Shown here one piece after another: positions 60,019-64,000 of a stretch of 64,000 nucleotides of DNA (its first letter is position 1; every line of letters begins with the position of its first letter). This DNA is from Octopus vulgaris. Its lineage: Eukaryota. A program made the translations under genes and the position numbers. Below the pieces are notes generated by a model that saw nothing but the letters and a program-made list of their open reading frames with translations, was not told where the DNA came from and made no database searches. The stretch covers positions 29,946,001 to 30,010,000 of the forward strand of contig OX597828.1 of the NCBI GenBank assembly GCA_951406725.2, read 5' to 3'.

Positions 60019-60020
<2 letters not shown>
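59690..60020 (-). mobile_element. inverted homologue of the 37878-38185 repeat, between (TG)n and (TA)n
   Basis: Shares the blocks listed for 37878-38185. Confidence 0.65.
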
Positions 60021-60075
<55 letters not shown>

Positions 60076-60213
60076 ATAATATTGTTATCTGAAACACCGA
60101 TCTTATCAGGTTGGCCAGCATGGGAATAAAAACTTCAAAAGTAATAATTAGTATAAAAATTATAATTATGGGTATCTAAGAGATACCAACAATGGTTGGC
60201 ATCTCTTAGATAC

Positions 60214-60291
<78 letters not shown>

Positions 60292-61250
60292 CATCAGGTG
60301 GTGCTATTAAGTTAGACATGGCCTGGACCAATCTTTGGTCGAAAGATATCTAAGTTTTATCTAAGTTTTATATAATTATATATATATATATATTTATAGA
60401 TAGATAGATATACAGATAGATAGATAAATAGATAGATAGATAGATTATTTGATATATATGTAGATATTTACATACTTATCTACATGTATTTATAGAGTAG
60501 CAGTAATGAAACAGTATATCCTTGGCAAAATCATTTTTTCCTGGCATTGTTTATATAAATCACTCTTAAATCTTTTCAGATATCTAAAGAAGAAAAGGAT
60601 CATCTTGGTTAAACAACTGAGTGAAAAGAATGTTCTTTGCGAAATGTTATCATTTAATCAGAGAAACGACGAAAAAGTAATGGTGTGTAGCTTCAGGATA
60701 TGTTTTCATGTAAGGGTAACATATGCATCATTATTCAAACTCCTTGGAGTTAGATAGCGAATTGATGGTACGATATACATTAGTTCTTGCAAGATATTGT
60801 ATTCACAGCCCTTTGATAATAAGAATAACACTATAGAGGAAATAGAAAATATGGTGTTGATAATATTATTATTGTGAGAGAGTAAGACACTACTTGAAAG
60901 TGACGCTGGGCTGGAAAGATGCGAATCCCAATACAGCTTTCATGACTACCCGTATGATCAACGTACACCAGGTACATTCATCATAACTATGTACACGACA
61001 TGGTGACCTTATATCAAGAGAAACACCGTATGACCTTGCAGGATGTGGGGCAGTCAAGAATTGGGGTAGATGTGATCGACTTACCCTTTATCATTGGTTT
61101 GTGTTAACTCCAGTTTTATTTTTCCCCATGAGACTGGTGCAGATCCTTGCAAAATACACAGAAGATATAATGTGCCGCTCTACCATGTCTTTTAAAAGAC
61201 TGATGGTGCAAGCTAGCTGCACATGAAGACAATATGATCGATGATTCCAA

Positions 61251-61450
61251 AACGGCGAGCTGGCAGAAAGGTTCGCACGCCGGGTGAAATACTGAGCGGT
61301 ATTTCGTCTTTACGCTCTGAGTTCAAGTTCCACCTAGGTCTACTTTGCCTTTCATCCTTTCGGTGTCGATACATTAAGGTACCAGTTGCGAACCAGTGTC
61401 GATCTAATCGACGGGCCCCCTTCCCAGGCCTTGGGCCTAGAGAAGAAAAG
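61251..61450 (+). mobile_element. Meta-domain-type SINE
   Basis: ggcgagctggcagaa...ctgagttcaagttcc...tttgcctttcatcctttcggtgtcgat...gtaccagttgcg. Confidence 0.85.
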
Positions 61451-61483
61451 AATATGGTCGATGATTCCAGTCTGTTTTTTTAA

Positions 61484-61778
61484 ATACATGTTGGGCTATA
61501 GGCACACTTTAGGATGTTGACCTGGTAAATTCTTGTAGGTAGGCATTGATCATGGGCTGCTTTGATAAATCCTTCAGGATCTGAGGCTAACAATTGATGA
61601 ATAAGACCTTTGTCAACATCATCATTGTTAGCTTCCTTTGGTTATTTGCAATTTATCAGTGAGAATATCTAAGGCAGCATTTTTAACGAGGGTTTTCATA
61701 CGCTTAGCTTTTACTGTGCTTTTCCCAGTTCATCTTATTGTGGAACGTGTTGTATTTGGAATTCACTTAGATATTTCT

Positions 61779-61780
<2 letters not shown>
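61484..61780 (-). mobile_element. internal R4/Dong fragment starting at a (TAA)n array
   Basis: Minus strand gives KAKRMK...DVDKGLIHQLL...EGFIKAAHDQCLPTRIYQVNILK. Confidence 0.8.
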
Positions 61781-61866
<86 letters not shown>

Positions 61867-62638
61867 CATTATTATTATTATTATTATTATTATCATCATC
61901 ATCTTCGTGATCGACGTCGTCTTCATCATCATAGTCTGAATCATCATCATCTCCATCATTGTTATCAAGATGCAGGGCAGAGGTAATCTTTCATCACCTA
62001 AGAATCGACAGAATTATTACACATCAAATATTATGCCCCGAAGAGAGATATTATGAGTATAAACCCAGTAATAATGAGAACTTTAAAGGGAAAAATTCAT
62101 AGTTCCCATTCTTGAGGAAAACGCATACACTATTAATATATTTATTGCCCAAAATATGACTGTGCGTTCAAGGAAATATGTCGGTCTGAAATAAATCACT
62201 TTTTACATACACTGAAAAGTGGATGAATGAATACAATCGTATATACAGAAAATAACAAAATTTGGGAACAGACAAACACTGCCATAGACAAACAGACACA
62301 CACATAGAGACACACAGACGAGCACACACATGCATGCATAAATAATTTTCTATGTCAACCACTATATATATATATATATATATATGCACGCCTAAATATC
62401 TGTACACATGTAGACCTAAACATACGCAAACATATATGTATTCCATTCTTAGTGTATGAATTTCACTCGCCCACATTTATTAGTCTCTTCCATAGAATGT
62501 ATACATTAAACATATACGCACACACGGACACATACACACACGGACACACACACACGTGTATATTTACATCCAACCCACTGCACGGATCTAACGCACGAAC
62601 AGACGCATACATATATATACAACATATGTACAACATAC

Positions 62639-62694
<56 letters not shown>

Positions 62695-62702
62695 GGTTTC
62701 TT

Positions 62703-62931
62703 GATAGGTTTCTTGGAGGAAGATGAAACAATTGTAAAGTGAAGTAGCAAAATGGCTTGCTTACTGAGATCTTATGTGCTATTTTAAAAGCTCCGTAGAC
62801 ACCTGCGGATTTTCAGATATTTGATTGCTGGAACTGCTTCGTCTATGAGCCTATGTGCCTGTGCTTAATACGGGAAAAAGCAGGGTTAAATTGCCCGATA
62901 GAATTATTATATACATATACAGATACATACA

Positions 62932-62994
<63 letters not shown>

Positions 62995-63050
62995 GTATAT
63001 ATACATATATATATATATATATATAGATAGATAGATATATATATATATAC

Positions 63051-63149
<99 letters not shown>

Positions 63150-63378
63150 TGTATGTATCTCTATATGTATATAATAATTCTATCGGGCAATTTCACCCTG
63201 CTTTTTCCCGTATTAAGCACAGGCACATAGGCTCATAGACGAAGCAGTTCCAGCAATCAAATATCTGAAAATCCGCAGGTGTCTACGGAGCTTTTAAAAT
63301 AGCACATAAGATCTCAGTAAGCAAGCCATTTTGCTACTTCACTTTTCAATTGTTTCATCTTCCTCCAAGAAACCTATC
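62703..63378. repeat. 232-bp near-perfect inverted repeat around a (TA)n spacer
   Basis: 62703-62934 is the reverse complement of 63147-63378, with 3 substitutions seen by eye. Confidence 0.95.
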
Positions 63379-63910
63379 TTTCCACATTACCCAACAAAAC
63401 ATTAAACTAATGGCTACTTTGCGTGTGTCATTCAGAATAACCTTAATAACACGTTGAATAAGTTCCTTCCGGAATTGCCTTTAAAATGAAAAATCCTTAA
63501 ACTCACTTAACGAACTCATTATATACACATTTTGAGTGGGCGTCTATACGGCCTTACATTCACATATTACTAAGGAATATGCATCAAGTATGTCATTGCT
63601 CAGGGAAAATATAATTCTGTAGTTCAGCGCAACAATTAATTATCTGTTGGTTGTCGATTCTACACTAGGCAACTCACTTTTATAATCATTTGTTTCATCG
63701 AACTGATGTTAATGGTTTATGACCCTTCAATTGTCATTTCATTCAAGAGTCAGGTAGGCAAATGCCTGCACATTTGGCGTAGATTTTATCTATTGGGGAT
63801 TTATTTACGGTTATCATTACAGCATTCAAGCATTCATGGAACCTGCACATACGCCGACGCGTATAACGTTCTCCCACGCATATATATATGCTTGCAAGAA
63901 CGTTATGCAC

Positions 63911-63952
<42 letters not shown>

Positions 63953-64000
63953 CTGTGTGTGAGTGTGTATGTGCGTGTGGAGGCATGTATGCATCAAATG

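Overview
AT-rich, repeat-saturated eukaryotic DNA in which I recognise no host protein-coding exon. Most ORFs in the track are translations of microsatellites. The repeat mix, including tRNA-derived CORE- and Meta-type SINEs and very dense (TA)n/(TAA)n/(CAT)n arrays, resembles an octopus/cephalopod genome (inference). Contents: (1) about 11 truncated R4/Dong-clade non-LTR retrotransposon pieces, mostly at (TAA)n arrays and concentrated at 44-57 kb; (2) an internally deleted L1/Tx1-like LINE; (3) CR1/Jockey-type RT remnants, a mariner remnant, two MITEs and many SINEs; (4) most notably, several unrelated short inserts in (TA)n or (TAA)n arrays that carry type I hammerhead ribozyme folds (CUGAnGA...GAAA, minimal or palindromic stem III, NUH site). 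These resemble Penelope-like pseudo-LTRs or retrozyme-like elements, and some show inverted duplications. A 232-bp near-perfect inverted duplication surrounds a TA array at 62.7-63.4 kb. All calls were made by eye, and boundaries of decayed elements are approximate.
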